Assembly: GCA_017625755.1 (NCBI GenBank)
Contig: JAGAKG010000057.1
Coordinates: 1,734-65,733, forward strand
DNA length: 64,000 bases
Direction: 5' to 3'
Source of the DNA: Clostridia bacterium
GTDB lineage: Bacteria > Bacillota > Clostridia > Oscillospirales > CAG-272
In this document: positions 1 to 9,056 of the stretch, piece after piece
How positions within the stretch are numbered: position 1 is the stretch's first letter
How the letters are laid out: every line of letters begins with the position of its first letter
The notes under the pieces: model-generated
The model's input: the letters and a program-made list of their open reading frames with translations, nothing else
Databases searched by the model: none
What the model was told of the DNA's origin: nothing
Position numbers and translations under genes: made by a program

Positions 1-563
1 AAGCCGCGTCCGTCGATCTGAAGGCTCTTCATCGCGTCAGTAAACCACCAAGGCTTTTCAAAATTGAGGTAGTCCTCGCACTCCTCAACGGAGTAGTACG
101 CGCCACTCTGCGCAAGAGGTGTCTGGAAAACTACCTCATTATATACTGCGTCGTATGTAGGAGTGGGGTCGTTGAGCAGCTTTCTCACCTCATCAGACAC
201 CTCCTGATAGCCCATGCTGATTTCTTTGATGTCGATTTTGAGCTTATCCTTAACAAAGCTGTTTCTCTGGAACATAGCCTGGTTGATCGAGTCAGATGTA
301 ACCGTGGGAACTATGGTAGTATTGGCATATCCCGAAGTGTTGTTAAGGAATGTAAATGTGTATCCCTCATAGTTGCCCGTGGGCAGATCCTCGTAAAGCG
401 TGGGGTCGTCCTTTGAACCCGGATCGCCCGTTGCGTCACCGCCGCCAACAGTGGTGGAAACGGTAGTTTCCTCTCCCTCGCCGTCCTTCTTACACGAGGT
501 AAGACCAAAAGCGGTCGTCATAACCATAAGAAGCGCGAGAAGCAAACAAATCTTCTTTTTCAT
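1..563 (-). CDS. Lipoprotein, probable extracellular solute-binding protein (partial; runs off the window's left edge)
   Basis: Read by hand from ATG at 563: MKKKICLLLALLMVMTTAFGLTSCKKDGEGEETT... It has a signal peptide with lipobox LTSC, a G/T/D-rich linker and a ...EDLPTGNYEGYTFTFL...KPWW... segment. The frame stays open to the window edge. Confidence 0.7.
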   Translation of the reverse strand, partial: MKKKICLLLALLMVMTTAFGLTSCKKDGEGEETTVSTTVGGGDATGDPGSKDDPTLYEDLPTGNYEGYTFTFLNNTSGYANTTIVPTVTSDSINQAMFQRNSFVKDKLKIDIKEISMGYQEVSDEVRKLLNDPTPTYDAVYNEVVFQTPLAQSGAYYSVEECEDYLNFEKPWWFTDAMKSLQIDGRG

Positions 564-1150
564 ATTCTTTAATCTCTTTCCTTTCAGATTGTATTTGAGA
601 AAGATGTGTCACAGAGCCCAAAACGGGTAGTCCTTTGGTAATAGTGACTCTCTCACGCATATATTATACCACTTTCATTTGTTCAAAGCAACCTATATTT
701 TGGCACTAAATCTGTAAAATTGGTGCCTGTTTTCAAAAAAATCAGCAATTTATGGGTGTTTTTTGCACAAAGCAGGCGACTTTTGACTCAACTAATTGAG
801 GCAAAACAACAAAACACCGTCCCCTTTCTCTCGCTTTTTTGTAAAAATCAAAGATTTCTCAAAAAAACGGCAAGAATCTCTTGCTTGAACCCCCATACAA
901 AGCCATAAGCCCCTAAAAGCAAGCTCGCTCCATATTGTGTCATTTTGTGTAATTTGTTTTATATATTCCCTTTTGTTTATTAATATTATTTTTATAAATT
1001 AGTGTCGTTTTATCGAACAACCCCTAAACGGTAAAATCCAAACACACAAGCACGCCGCCTCGCTATGTTTGTGTGTTTATTTACAATTTCTGCAAAATTT
1101 TCCTTATATCAAGCAAGTTTGCCAGAAAATAGATTGCTTTTATTTAATAT

Positions 1151-1177
1151 AAAAAAGCTACCGCCGAAGCGGTAGCC
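1151..1177 (-). terminator. Intrinsic terminator downstream of the XRE gene
   Basis: Hairpin GCTACCGC-cgaa-GCGGTAGC with an A-tract on the + strand (U-tract on the minus strand). Confidence 0.7.
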
Positions 1178-1236
1178 TTGATTTGTTTAATTAAGTTTGC
1201 CTGTCATTGTTTTAAGGCACAAAGCCGTCGCCTGTG

Positions 1237-1494
1237 TCACAACTCATGTGGTTGCTCGGTAATCAGGTCTCCTGCCGAAATACCCGTTCCGTGGCTCAGC
1301 TTATCCAGCACATCAAGCGAAGCGTTCGCATCGCAATTTTCAATTCTCGAAAGATACTTAATATCCAGTTCGCAATTAAGCGCAAGACTTTCTCTCGAAA
1401 GATTAAGTCTCTTTCTGTACTCCAACAAATTTTTTGATAAACATTTTCTTGATCTCTTATCCGTCTGAATATTAAGTTTAGGTGCTCTATACAC
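1237..1494 (-). CDS. XRE/Cro-family helix-turn-helix transcriptional regulator
   Basis: NLLEYRKRLNLSRESLA...YLSRIEN...SLDVLDKLS pattern. Probable GTG start at 1494 behind AAGGCGGAG; the ORF track extends it to 1554. Confidence 0.8.
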   Translation of the reverse strand: MYRAPKLNIQTDKRSRKCLSKNLLEYRKRLNLSRESLALNCELDIKYLSRIENCDANASLDVLDKLSHGTGISAGDLITEQPHEL

Positions 1495-1577
1495 TGTCTT
1501 GCTCCGCCTTTTGATATTTCTACCCACACATTCATCAGACCAAGGCTTCACCAAAAAATTACAAAAATTTTCCTAAA

Positions 1578-1593
1578 AGGGTCAATTGACCCT
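1578..1593. promoter_or_regulatory. Perfect 16-bp palindrome, candidate operator between divergent genes
   Basis: AGGGTCAATTGACCCT lies between the XRE gene and the DUF6514-like gene, just upstream of a TATAAT at 1615-1620. Confidence 0.5.
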
Positions 1594-1652
1594 GGAATTT
1601 TATGTCAAAAAGCGTATAATGGTGTCACACCTCAAGAAAGGAGGAGCGCAAA

Positions 1653-1913
1653 ATGAAGACGATCAAGCCAATCCACGATAAAGTGGAATCTCTCAATGTC
1701 GAATGTGAATACATAGCGGTTGTGGTTGCCAAAAACGACGCAGAAGATGTTTATGGCATAGCCGCGCGTGACGCGCAGGACGACAAGCTGCTGTGCATCA
1801 GGGAAATCGGCACCGACAAAGAGCGTACCGTCTCAATCGTTGATATTCTGAACCATCATAGAGTGCCTTGCGTGCATTTCTTCGATGTAGTCAACGATCT
1901 GATGAATGAATAG
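1653..1913 (+). CDS. DUF6514-like small protein
   Basis: Strong RBS (AAAGGAGG). The YGI...IREI...ILNHHRVPCVHFFDVVNDL pattern is typical of this clostridial family. Confidence 0.6.
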   Translation: MKTIKPIHDKVESLNVECEYIAVVVAKNDAEDVYGIAARDAQDDKLLCIREIGTDKERTVSIVDILNHHRVPCVHFFDVVNDLMNE

Positions 1914-1999
1914 GTATTGAATTTTTTGGACTCCGCCGTTTGGCTATTCTGACTTTCCTTTGAATTTTTTTAAAGCTTAAGGGGTAAAATAAGAAATTC

Positions 2000-2428
2000 T
2001 TACGCACAGGTTTCATAGTATTCAATGGTTTCGCTCTCGCCTATATTATCGGTATAGGCAATAACCGTGAATACCGCCTTGTACTGCACGCCTATTTCAG
2101 ACTCAAAGTCAATGCTGATACCCAAGGTACCTATCGTTTTGCTGCCTGAAGCCTCGGTTATGTATTCGTAGTGCGAGCCGTTCCATTTGTAGAGATAAAG
2201 CGTACCTGCGATAATATCCGCCGTAGACTGCTTTCTTGCAGTGCCACTAACAGCTCCCTGGGTTCCGTCAAACGCCATATCAATGTGCATATTTGCAATG
2301 CTCGTCCACCTCGGTTCAACCGTTTCCTCGGGCTTTTCTGCCGCAAAGGTGGGTATCGCAAAAGAACAAAGCATAATTATTGCAAGTGAAAGCGAGATAA
2401 TTGCTTTTATTAAATTATTGTGTTTCAT
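2000..2428 (-). CDS. Secreted hypothetical protein, probable target of the adjacent ECF sigma
   Basis: N-terminal signal peptide ending ...PTFAA, a beta-rich mature part and an RBS (GGAGG). Confidence 0.7.
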   Translation of the reverse strand: MKHNNLIKAIISLSLAIIMLCSFAIPTFAAEKPEETVEPRWTSIANMHIDMAFDGTQGAVSGTARKQSTADIIAGTLYLYKWNGSHYEYITEASGSKTIGTLGISIDFESEIGVQYKAVFTVIAYTDNIGESETIEYYETCA

Positions 2429-2469
2429 TTTTCCTCCAATGTCATATAGACATAGGCGGGTCCAATATT

Positions 2470-2517
2470 CATAACAAAAAAATCCCGAAAATGTGACAAA
2501 ATTTTCAGGATTTTTTT
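2470..2517 (-). promoter_or_regulatory. Terminator-like hairpin overlapping a candidate ECF promoter
   Basis: Minus strand reads AAAAAAATCCTGAAAATTT-TGTCAC-ATTTTCGGGATTTTTT-TGTTAT. The inverted repeat encloses a TGTCAC (-35-like) element followed by TGTTAT (-10-like). Confidence 0.45.
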
Positions 2518-2538
2518 ATTTTTATTTTTTATGTGAAT

Positions 2539-3291
2539 TTATTTTACGCTTTCGGCATATCCGATAAGTGTCTGGATATCACATTCGGTAGAGGATATAT
2601 AATACGAATATTCCCCGTCGCTCCAGAGTATATAGGTCTCTTTTTTATCTAAATATTCAACAACGGTGGCTTCATTTCCGTTGATATCGGTGTATGTAAC
2701 CGTCGCATCTTCGCTATCAACATGATTATCATTCGGTTTCAATAATCTTTGTGCAAAAGAGAAAAGATAATCTTCGTTGAGATAATAGTCTATATTAATT
2801 GTTGCGAGATTTTCTATCACCAAATCCTCCCAAACCCCGTCGGGCAGGTTTGTCGGCTTGCGAATCTGCTCGATTTGCGTGGGAACAGCCTTTATCTCCG
2901 CCTCGGTGGTGGCTGTGGTCTCCTCCTCATAGCTCGTCTCCTTCACCTTTCCCTCGGAATCCTCATAGCGAACCGAAAAGTGGTCATCATACCACTCAAC
3001 TATCGCTTCATATATCGCCTGTCTCCACCCGGGGACACAGCCTATGAGAACACCCGTCAGCGCAAGCATTATCAGAAGCGCGACCGCAACTCTCGACGCC
3101 ACCCTACCGAAGGGTCGCAGAGCCGCTCTGCGCTTGTACTTGTTTATATTACGCCTTCTCTTACGATAATACGAGGCGTCAAATTCAACAGCTGAAACAT
3201 CTGTATCCTTAAGCGCCTTCACATCTTCTTCTAAGCACTTTGTTGCCGCCAATGCAATCAAATGGTCTAATTTATCCGCGTTATTTTGCAT
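2539..3291 (-). CDS. DUF4367-domain membrane protein, putative anti-sigma factor
   Basis: Single TM segment; C-terminal ...PTNLPDG...INGNEA...ILWSDGEYSYYIS...IGYAESVK. Overlaps the sigma gene stop codon. Confidence 0.75.
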   Translation of the reverse strand: MQNNADKLDHLIALAATKCLEEDVKALKDTDVSAVEFDASYYRKRRRNINKYKRRAALRPFGRVASRVAVALLIMLALTGVLIGCVPGWRQAIYEAIVEWYDDHFSVRYEDSEGKVKETSYEEETTATTEAEIKAVPTQIEQIRKPTNLPDGVWEDLVIENLATINIDYYLNEDYLFSFAQRLLKPNDNHVDSEDATVTYTDINGNEATVVEYLDKKETYILWSDGEYSYYISSTECDIQTLIGYAESVK

Positions 3292-3862
3292 ACAGATCCT
3301 TACCTCCCATCTCCAGAAGTAGCTTTTTCGCTCGCGAATATCTCTTTCTCACAAGCTCGTTCGAGATATTCATTAGTTCGGCAATAGTTTGATTGTCAAA
3401 GCCTAAGCTTTTGAGCAAAAGAATGTCGCGGTATTTGCTGTCGAGCTTGTTTATAAGATTATGAAGCTGCTCGCAATTTTCCTCGCTGATATATAATTTC
3501 TCCACAGCGGACTCATAATCGGGAATGTCCATTTCCTCATATTCGTCCTCATCGTAATTGTATTTCACAAGAGAATACTCATTCTCATTCTTGCGTTTTT
3601 TCACTCGCCAGGCGTTTAACGCGCAATTCCGTCCAACCACAGACATCAACTTATCAATATACCCAAAATCCCGCGCTATCTTGAATTTTTCGACCCCTTC
3701 GCTGATTATCCTGATAACTTCATGCACACAATCCTCTGCATCGTGATGGTTGTTCAAATGGCTCATAGCGATTGAATAAAGTTGTTTTTCATACCGTATA
3801 TATATTTCCTCCACAAAAGCGAGATCGTCATCATCTTCAATATTCAGAAATATCGGTAACAC
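3281..3862 (-). CDS. ECF-type sigma-70 family RNA polymerase sigma factor
   Basis: Region 2 (HDAEDCVHE) and region 4 (LDSKYRDILLL...IAELMNISNELVRKRYSRAKKLL) only. GTG start. Confidence 0.9.
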   Translation of the reverse strand: MLPIFLNIEDDDDLAFVEEIYIRYEKQLYSIAMSHLNNHHDAEDCVHEVIRIISEGVEKFKIARDFGYIDKLMSVVGRNCALNAWRVKKRKNENEYSLVKYNYDEDEYEEMDIPDYESAVEKLYISEENCEQLHNLINKLDSKYRDILLLKSLGFDNQTIAELMNISNELVRKRYSRAKKLLLEMGGKDLYAK

Positions 3863-4017
3863 ACAAGCACCCCCTCTTGTTTTTATGATTTATTGTGCAA
3901 TAGTTACTCATAACTACTTTAATCCTCATTGTACCACAAATTTCGACTTATTGCAAGATTTATAAAAATATTTAATCCACAATAAGACATTATCAAATAC
4001 ATTTTTTAAAATAATTC

Positions 4018-4055
4018 GGACACATCACTAAGGCGAAACCTTAAATGATGTGTCC
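4018..4055. repeat. 38-bp palindromic repeat, copy 1
   Basis: GGACACATCACTAAGGCGAAACCTTAAATGATGTGTCC; 37/38 identical to 4869-4906. Confidence 0.95.
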
Positions 4056-4146
4056 GAAGTTTTATTTATGAATGCCATTCAAGACACCGTAGTGAATTGA
4101 GAAACAAAGTCCAATTTATTTTAATTTTTATGGTTATTAAGCAAAT

Positions 4147-4725
4147 TTAAATATGCAGAGCAGGAATATTAAATCGCAACACTCTTAAAAATTTGTTTTT
4201 CTTAACAAACTCAAAGCCGTAACGCTCATAACATTTTATCGCATTAATGTTATTCGTTTTACATGCTAAATACATGTTAGAAATATTTTTTTCCAACAGC
4301 CAACTAGATATCAAATCAAGAATTTGATGTGCATATCCTCTTCCTCTGAAGTTTTCATACACGGTAAAATCAAACAGAAAGCTTTCGGCTTTTTTCACTT
4401 TATAGTGAAATTCTTTTCCGCCATTCAAAACTATACCCGCATAACCAATCAGCTGCTCGTCCTCATTAAAAAAGCCAAACATTTTAACAAATTCAGACTG
4501 CTTCTTTATAAGCCTAATGATATTATTCACATCAAAATATCCCCCACACAAGGACTCTAAGTCCTCATCGTTAAGCAATCTCATACTCAGCGCATTTTCA
4601 TTATGTAGATTGGGTTTATTCATATCGATTTTGTATATACAATGTTCGTACGATGATAAAACACACCTCTTGAAAATTTTTATTGAAAACACCTGTTTTT
4701 CCCTCACATATTTGTTAAAATGCAA
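4147..4725 (-). CDS. GNAT-family N-acetyltransferase (start uncertain)
   Basis: Acetyl-CoA motif A (VYENFRGRGYA) and motif B (NINAIKCYERYGF). Markedly AT-rich compared with the rest of the window. Confidence 0.85.
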   Translation of the reverse strand: MHFNKYVREKQVFSIKIFKRCVLSSYEHCIYKIDMNKPNLHNENALSMRLLNDEDLESLCGGYFDVNNIIRLIKKQSEFVKMFGFFNEDEQLIGYAGIVLNGGKEFHYKVKKAESFLFDFTVYENFRGRGYAHQILDLISSWLLEKNISNMYLACKTNNINAIKCYERYGFEFVKKNKFLRVLRFNIPALHI

Positions 4726-4776
4726 ATTATATTTTTATATTATCAAATTTTTATACTGCACTTTTATATCTCAGTT

Positions 4777-4805
4777 ATTATACTATAATAATAACAAAAT
4801 GTCAA
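4777..4805 (-). promoter_or_regulatory. Consensus sigma-A promoter for the GNAT gene
   Basis: TTGACA-N17-TATAAT on the minus strand. Confidence 0.8.
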
Positions 4806-4868
4806 TATGTTATAAATATTTAATGTTTTAGATATTTGAATAATTTCTATAAAAAACGCCAAAAAAGA

Positions 4869-4906
4869 GGACACATCACTAAGGCAAAACCTTAAATGAT
4901 GTGTCC
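4869..4906. repeat. 38-bp palindromic repeat, copy 2; may double as terminator of the GGGtGRT operon
   Basis: GGACACATCACTAAGGCAAAACCTTAAATGATGTGTCC, preceded by an A-tract on the + strand. Confidence 0.95.
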
Positions 4907-4924
4907 AACTTTTTATTTAATCTT

Positions 4925-4974
4925 GTAGGGGCGATTCACGAATCGCCCGCGGGTCATTCATGAATGACCCCTAC
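4925..4974. repeat. GTAG-type REP doublet (REPIN-like)
   Basis: GTAG-GGGCGATTCACGAATCGCCC-gc-GGGTCATTCATGAATGACCC-CTAC: two inverted GTAG-tagged palindromes. Confidence 0.8.
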
Positions 4975-4995
4975 GAAAGCCTTATAAATCAAGAC

Positions 4996-5994
4996 TTATT
5001 TGCTTGCCTCTTCGATAGCAACTGCAACAGCCACAGTCATACCAACCATAGGGTTGTTACCTGCTCCGATAAGTCCCATCATCTCTACATGAGCGGGAAC
5101 GGAGGAAGAACCTGCGAACTGAGCATCGCCGTGCATTCTTCCGAGTGTATCGGTCATACCGTAGGAAGCAGGACCTGCTGCCATGTTATCGGGGTGGAGA
5201 GTTCTACCCGTACCGCCGCCCGAAGCAACCGAGAAGTACTTAACGCCGTTCTCCTGACACCACTTCTTATAGGTTCCTGCAACGGGGTGCTGGAATCTTG
5301 TGGGGTTAGTTGAGTTACCCGTGATAGAAACGCCAACATTCTCAAGTCTCATTATAGCAACTCCCTCGGGAACGCTATCGGAACCGTAGCACTTAACCTT
5401 AGCTCTGTCACCCGTGGAGTATGCGGTTTCCTTGATAACCTTAACTTCCTCTGCGTAAGGATCAAACTCGGTCTGAACATAGGTAAAGCCGTTGATTCTG
5501 GAAATGATCATAGCGGCGTCCTTACCAAGACCGTTAAGGATTACGCGGAGGGGCTTAACTCTTACCTTATTTGCGTTGAGCGCTATCTTGATAGCACCCT
5601 CAGCAGCTGCGAAGGACTCGTGTCCTGCGAGGAAGCAGAAGCACTCTGTCTCCTCAGAAAGGAGCATTGAGCCAAGGTTTCCGTGGCCAAGACCAACCTT
5701 ACGGTTCTCAGCAACAGAGCCGGGGATACAAAATGCCTGAAGTCCGATACCGATAGCGGCAGCGGCGTCAGATGCCTTTGTGCAGCCCTTCTTTATTGCG
5801 ATAGCCGCGCCTACTGTGTACGCCCACTTTGCGTTCTCGAACGCGATAGGCTGTGTTTCTTCTACTATCTTATAAGGGTCGATTCCCTTTGCGTCGCAAA
5901 TCTCCTTACATTCGTCAATGGAGGAAATGCCGTATTCCTTAAGAACCGCGAGAATTTTCGCCTCGCGTCTTTCATAACCTTCAAAATGTGCCAT
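4996..5994 (-). CDS. GGGtGRT family protein (function unknown)
   Basis: Signature SGGGTGRTLHPDN; adjacent to its usual NifU-like partner. Confidence 0.95.
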   Translation of the reverse strand: MAHFEGYERREAKILAVLKEYGISSIDECKEICDAKGIDPYKIVEETQPIAFENAKWAYTVGAAIAIKKGCTKASDAAAAIGIGLQAFCIPGSVAENRKVGLGHGNLGSMLLSEETECFCFLAGHESFAAAEGAIKIALNANKVRVKPLRVILNGLGKDAAMIISRINGFTYVQTEFDPYAEEVKVIKETAYSTGDRAKVKCYGSDSVPEGVAIMRLENVGVSITGNSTNPTRFQHPVAGTYKKWCQENGVKYFSVASGGGTGRTLHPDNMAAGPASYGMTDTLGRMHGDAQFAGSSSVPAHVEMMGLIGAGNNPMVGMTVAVAVAIEEASK

Positions 5995-6011
5995 TTATAT
6001 TTCCTCCTTAA

Positions 6012-6728
6012 TTATTCCTTGCGGGGATCTATGTACTTAACGGCGTCAGCGAATCTACCGTATGTACCCTTAGACTTCTCGTAAGCTTCGTTAGGCTCCA
6101 TGCCCTTCTTGATGAAGTCTGTCATCTTGCCGAGAGATACGAACTCGTATCCGATAACCTGATCGTCTGCGTCAAGAGCCATTCTCGTGCAGTAGCCCTC
6201 TGTCATCTCGAGGTAACGAACGCCCTTTGCCTTTGTTCCGTACATAGTGCCAACCATGGATCTCTCGCCCTTACCGAGGTCTTCCATACCTGCTCCGATA
6301 ACGAGACCGCCCTCGGAGAATGCCGACTGCGAACGACCGTAAACGATCTGCAGGAAAAGCTCTCTCATAGCGGTGTTGATAGCATCGCAAACAAGGTCTG
6401 TGTTGAGCGCCTCGAGAAGTGTCTTACCGGGGAGTATCTCTGCCGCCATAGCTGCCGAGTGTGTCATACCCGAGCATCCGATGGTCTCAACGAGAGCTTC
6501 CTCGATGATACCGTTCTTAACATTGAGGGAAAGCTTGCACGCGCCCTGCTGAGGTGCGCACCAGCCCACACCGTGTGTGTAAGCCGAGATATCGGTTATC
6601 TCTTTTGCCTGTACCCATTTGCCCTCCTCGGGAATGGGAGCGGGACCGTGGTTCGGACCCTTTGCAACAGTACACATCTTAGCGACTTCTGCGCTCATTG
6701 CGTACTCGCAAGAAAATTCTTTGCTCAT
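6012..6728 (-). CDS. NifU/IscU-like protein associated with GGGtGRT proteins
   Basis: GWCAPQQGACKL...ETIGCSGMTHSA...NTDLVC Cys motifs. Confidence 0.85.
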   Translation of the reverse strand: MSKEFSCEYAMSAEVAKMCTVAKGPNHGPAPIPEEGKWVQAKEITDISAYTHGVGWCAPQQGACKLSLNVKNGIIEEALVETIGCSGMTHSAAMAAEILPGKTLLEALNTDLVCDAINTAMRELFLQIVYGRSQSAFSEGGLVIGAGMEDLGKGERSMVGTMYGTKAKGVRYLEMTEGYCTRMALDADDQVIGYEFVSLGKMTDFIKKGMEPNEAYEKSKGTYGRFADAVKYIDPRKE

Positions 6729-6755
6729 TTTTTTATCTCCTTTTAGATTAAAAAT

Positions 6756-7388
6756 TTAAAACTTTTCAATAAGTGGCTTTACTGCCTCGGCATAGTGCTT
6801 TCCTATAAACATTCTGCCGTTATCGTTCGGGTGAACTCCGTCGCCCGAATAGTAGAAGGGCTCGGGCTGTGTCTTAAGCGCCTCTTTAAAATACTCGTCG
6901 AGCGGAACATAGACATCTGCATACTCCTCTGCAAGCTCTCTCACGATAGAAAGCACTCTCTCAATATCCTCTTTCATTTCCTCAAAAGGGGTTTTATCAA
7001 GCAGAAAGGGTGCGAGAATAACTATCTTGGCGTTCGTCTCCTTGCGGATACGCTCGAGAATACAGCGGTAATTGAGCTTGAACTGCTCGTCGGTCGTAGC
7101 TATTTTACCGCCGCCGTAACGGTGCCAGATATCGTTGATACCGATAAGGATAGAAATAATATCGGGTTGAAAGGCTATCCCGTCTGCATAAAGACGGTCA
7201 AAAAGCTGGCTCGTACGATTACCGCTTATACCGAAGTTGATAAATTCAAATTCGGTTTCAGGATACGCCGCGACAATGCCCTCTGCCGCGTATTTGGGAT
7301 ATCCAAGACCTAAGTCATGATAGTTCCTTTTATCTCTGCCCGCGTCGGTAATGCTATCGCCCTGAAAAAGTATCTTTATCCTTTTCAT
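6756..7388 (-). CDS. SGNH/GDSL hydrolase
   Basis: GDSIT, GISG, GIND and DGVHP blocks. Confidence 0.93.
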   Translation of the reverse strand: MKRIKILFQGDSITDAGRDKRNYHDLGLGYPKYAAEGIVAAYPETEFEFINFGISGNRTSQLFDRLYADGIAFQPDIISILIGINDIWHRYGGGKIATTDEQFKLNYRCILERIRKETNAKIVILAPFLLDKTPFEEMKEDIERVLSIVRELAEEYADVYVPLDEYFKEALKTQPEPFYYSGDGVHPNDNGRMFIGKHYAEAVKPLIEKF

Positions 7389-7392
7389 AATC

Positions 7393-7962
7393 TTATTTTA
7401 CGATTTCTGCGTAAACAGCACCGCCTGCGCATGCCGCGTTGCACTCGTCTGTGTCGATGTGCATAGCGAGAGCGAAGTTTGCGTTTACTCTTACAACAAC
7501 ATCGCCGAATATAAGTGCTCTGGGTGTGTCAAGCTTTACATTTACTATCTCCTTATCCGAAACACCGATAGCCTCTGCGTCTGCAGGAGTCATATGTATG
7601 TGTCTCTTTGCCGCGATAACGCCCTCTGTCATCACAACAGAGCCGCAGGGGCCCTCAAGTGTGCAGCCGGGAGTACCCGCGATGTCGCCCGACTCGCGTA
7701 CGGGAGCGGCAATTCCTATCGTGCGCGCATCGGTGAGAGAAAGCTCAACCTGATTTGCGGGACGGGTCGGTCCGAGAACGCTCGCCTTGATAGCGCCCTT
7801 GGGGCCTATGACTGTTACCTTTTCCTCGCAAGCGAACTGTCCGGGCTGACTGAGATCCTTCTTGTTTGTCAGCTCATGTCCCGCGCCAAAAAGGGTCTCA
7901 ACCGCTTCTTTGGTCAGGTGGACATGTCTTGCAGATGTTTCAACCAAAAACTTGTTAGACAT
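7393..7962 (-). CDS. pduL: Phosphate propanoyltransferase / phosphotransacylase PduL
   Basis: SARHVHL, LSQPGQFA, RHIHM and MHIDTDE motifs; no N-terminal extension. Confidence 0.93.
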   Translation of the reverse strand: MSNKFLVETSARHVHLTKEAVETLFGAGHELTNKKDLSQPGQFACEEKVTVIGPKGAIKASVLGPTRPANQVELSLTDARTIGIAAPVRESGDIAGTPGCTLEGPCGSVVMTEGVIAAKRHIHMTPADAEAIGVSDKEIVNVKLDTPRALIFGDVVVRVNANFALAMHIDTDECNAACAGGAVYAEIVK

Positions 7963-8106
7963 TTTAAAAACCTCGCATGAATAAATTTATTTTGTTACCA
8001 CCCTTAATTATATCACACTTTTTTTCGATTGTAAAGAATTAATTCACACAATTATGTAAATAATATTTCAATAAATGACAACGGTTTCAACAACGAAAGG
8101 AGTTTT

Positions 8107-8802
8107 ATGGAGAACACTGATAAAAACGATGCTCAAAGCACATCGGGCGGAAGCGAGCAGCTTGACGATATCATAAAGAGCGGCTCGGTGGTCGCGAAGA
8201 ACTCGAAGGAAACTATTCACTGTCTGTCGATAATCGGGCAGATAGAGGGTCATTATCTGCTTCCCGACTCTCAGAAGGCGACAAAATACGAGCATATAAT
8301 CCCCCTGCTTGTGGCAATTGAGGAGAGCGACGAGATAGACGGTCTGCTTATAGTCCTGAACACGATGGGCGGCGATGTCGAGGCGGGACTTGCCATAGCC
8401 GAAATGATAGCTTCTATGACAAAGCCCACCGTCTCGCTCGTGCTTGGCGGCGGTCATTCGATAGGCGTTCCTCTCGCCACCTCCGCGGACAAGTCCTTCA
8501 TAGTTCCCTCCGCCACAATGACGGTTCACCCCGTGCGTATAAACGGTCTGGTGATAGGCGTGCCTCAGACCTTCCGCTATTTCGATGAGATGCAGAAGCG
8601 GATAATAAAATTTATCTGCGACCATTCTCGCGCGTCTTCCGAGAAAATAAACGAGCTGATGATGCGCCCCGACGAAATGGCAACAGATGTCGGCTCGATC
8701 ATCGACGGCGACGAGGCTGTCAGCTACGGCATAATCGACGCCGTCGGCGGTCTCTCCGACGCCCTTGCCGCACTTAGAGAGATGATAGGAGAAAAGGGAT
8801 AG
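8107..8802 (+). CDS. tepA: ClpP-like protein TepA
   Basis: IIGQIEGH...TKYEHIIP...[15 protein letters not shown]...GGGHSIGVP...TVHPVR. Confidence 0.88.
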   Translation: MENTDKNDAQSTSGGSEQLDDIIKSGSVVAKNSKETIHCLSIIGQIEGHYLLPDSQKATKYEHIIPLLVAIEESDEIDGLLIVLNTMGGDVEAGLAIAEMIASMTKPTVSLVLGGGHSIGVPLATSADKSFIVPSATMTVHPVRINGLVIGVPQTFRYFDEMQKRIIKFICDHSRASSEKINELMMRPDEMATDVGSIIDGDEAVSYGIIDAVGGLSDALAALREMIGEKG

Positions 8803-8886
8803 GGACGGTAACCGCATTATAAATCTGTATCTCGTGATATTTTCTCCGCTCAGAATGACGCGGCGAAGGCGAACACAATAAAAATC

Positions 8887-8921
8887 ACGACCCGTCGGTA
8901 GGCAAATGTCCGACGGGTCGT
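8887..8921. terminator. Hairpin between convergent tepA and cysK
   Basis: ACGACCCGTCGG-N11-CCGACGGGTCGT, 12-bp stem. Confidence 0.55.
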
Positions 8922-9056
8922 TACATCAGAGAAAAGACATTGAAATTAAGCTGAACTTAAAATCGTAAGCCAAACCCAGCTTTAAAGTTTTTGAAGTGAG
9001 CGCGAGGGAAACTTTTTGTAAAAAGTTTCCCTCGCATAATCCGCATCCAAGCGGAC

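Noticed and set aside
630-1150. Hidden gene or RNA in the AT-rich gap (also 31560-31800)
   Set aside because: Only promoter-like and A/T-tract sequence is visible; the short ORFs lack an RBS and I found no convincing structure.
4018-4906. Classical integron cassette (attC sites)
   Set aside because: The hairpins lack RYYYAAC/GTTRRRY ends, are shorter than typical attC sites, and no integron integrase is present. Kept only as a generic repeat-flanked cassette.
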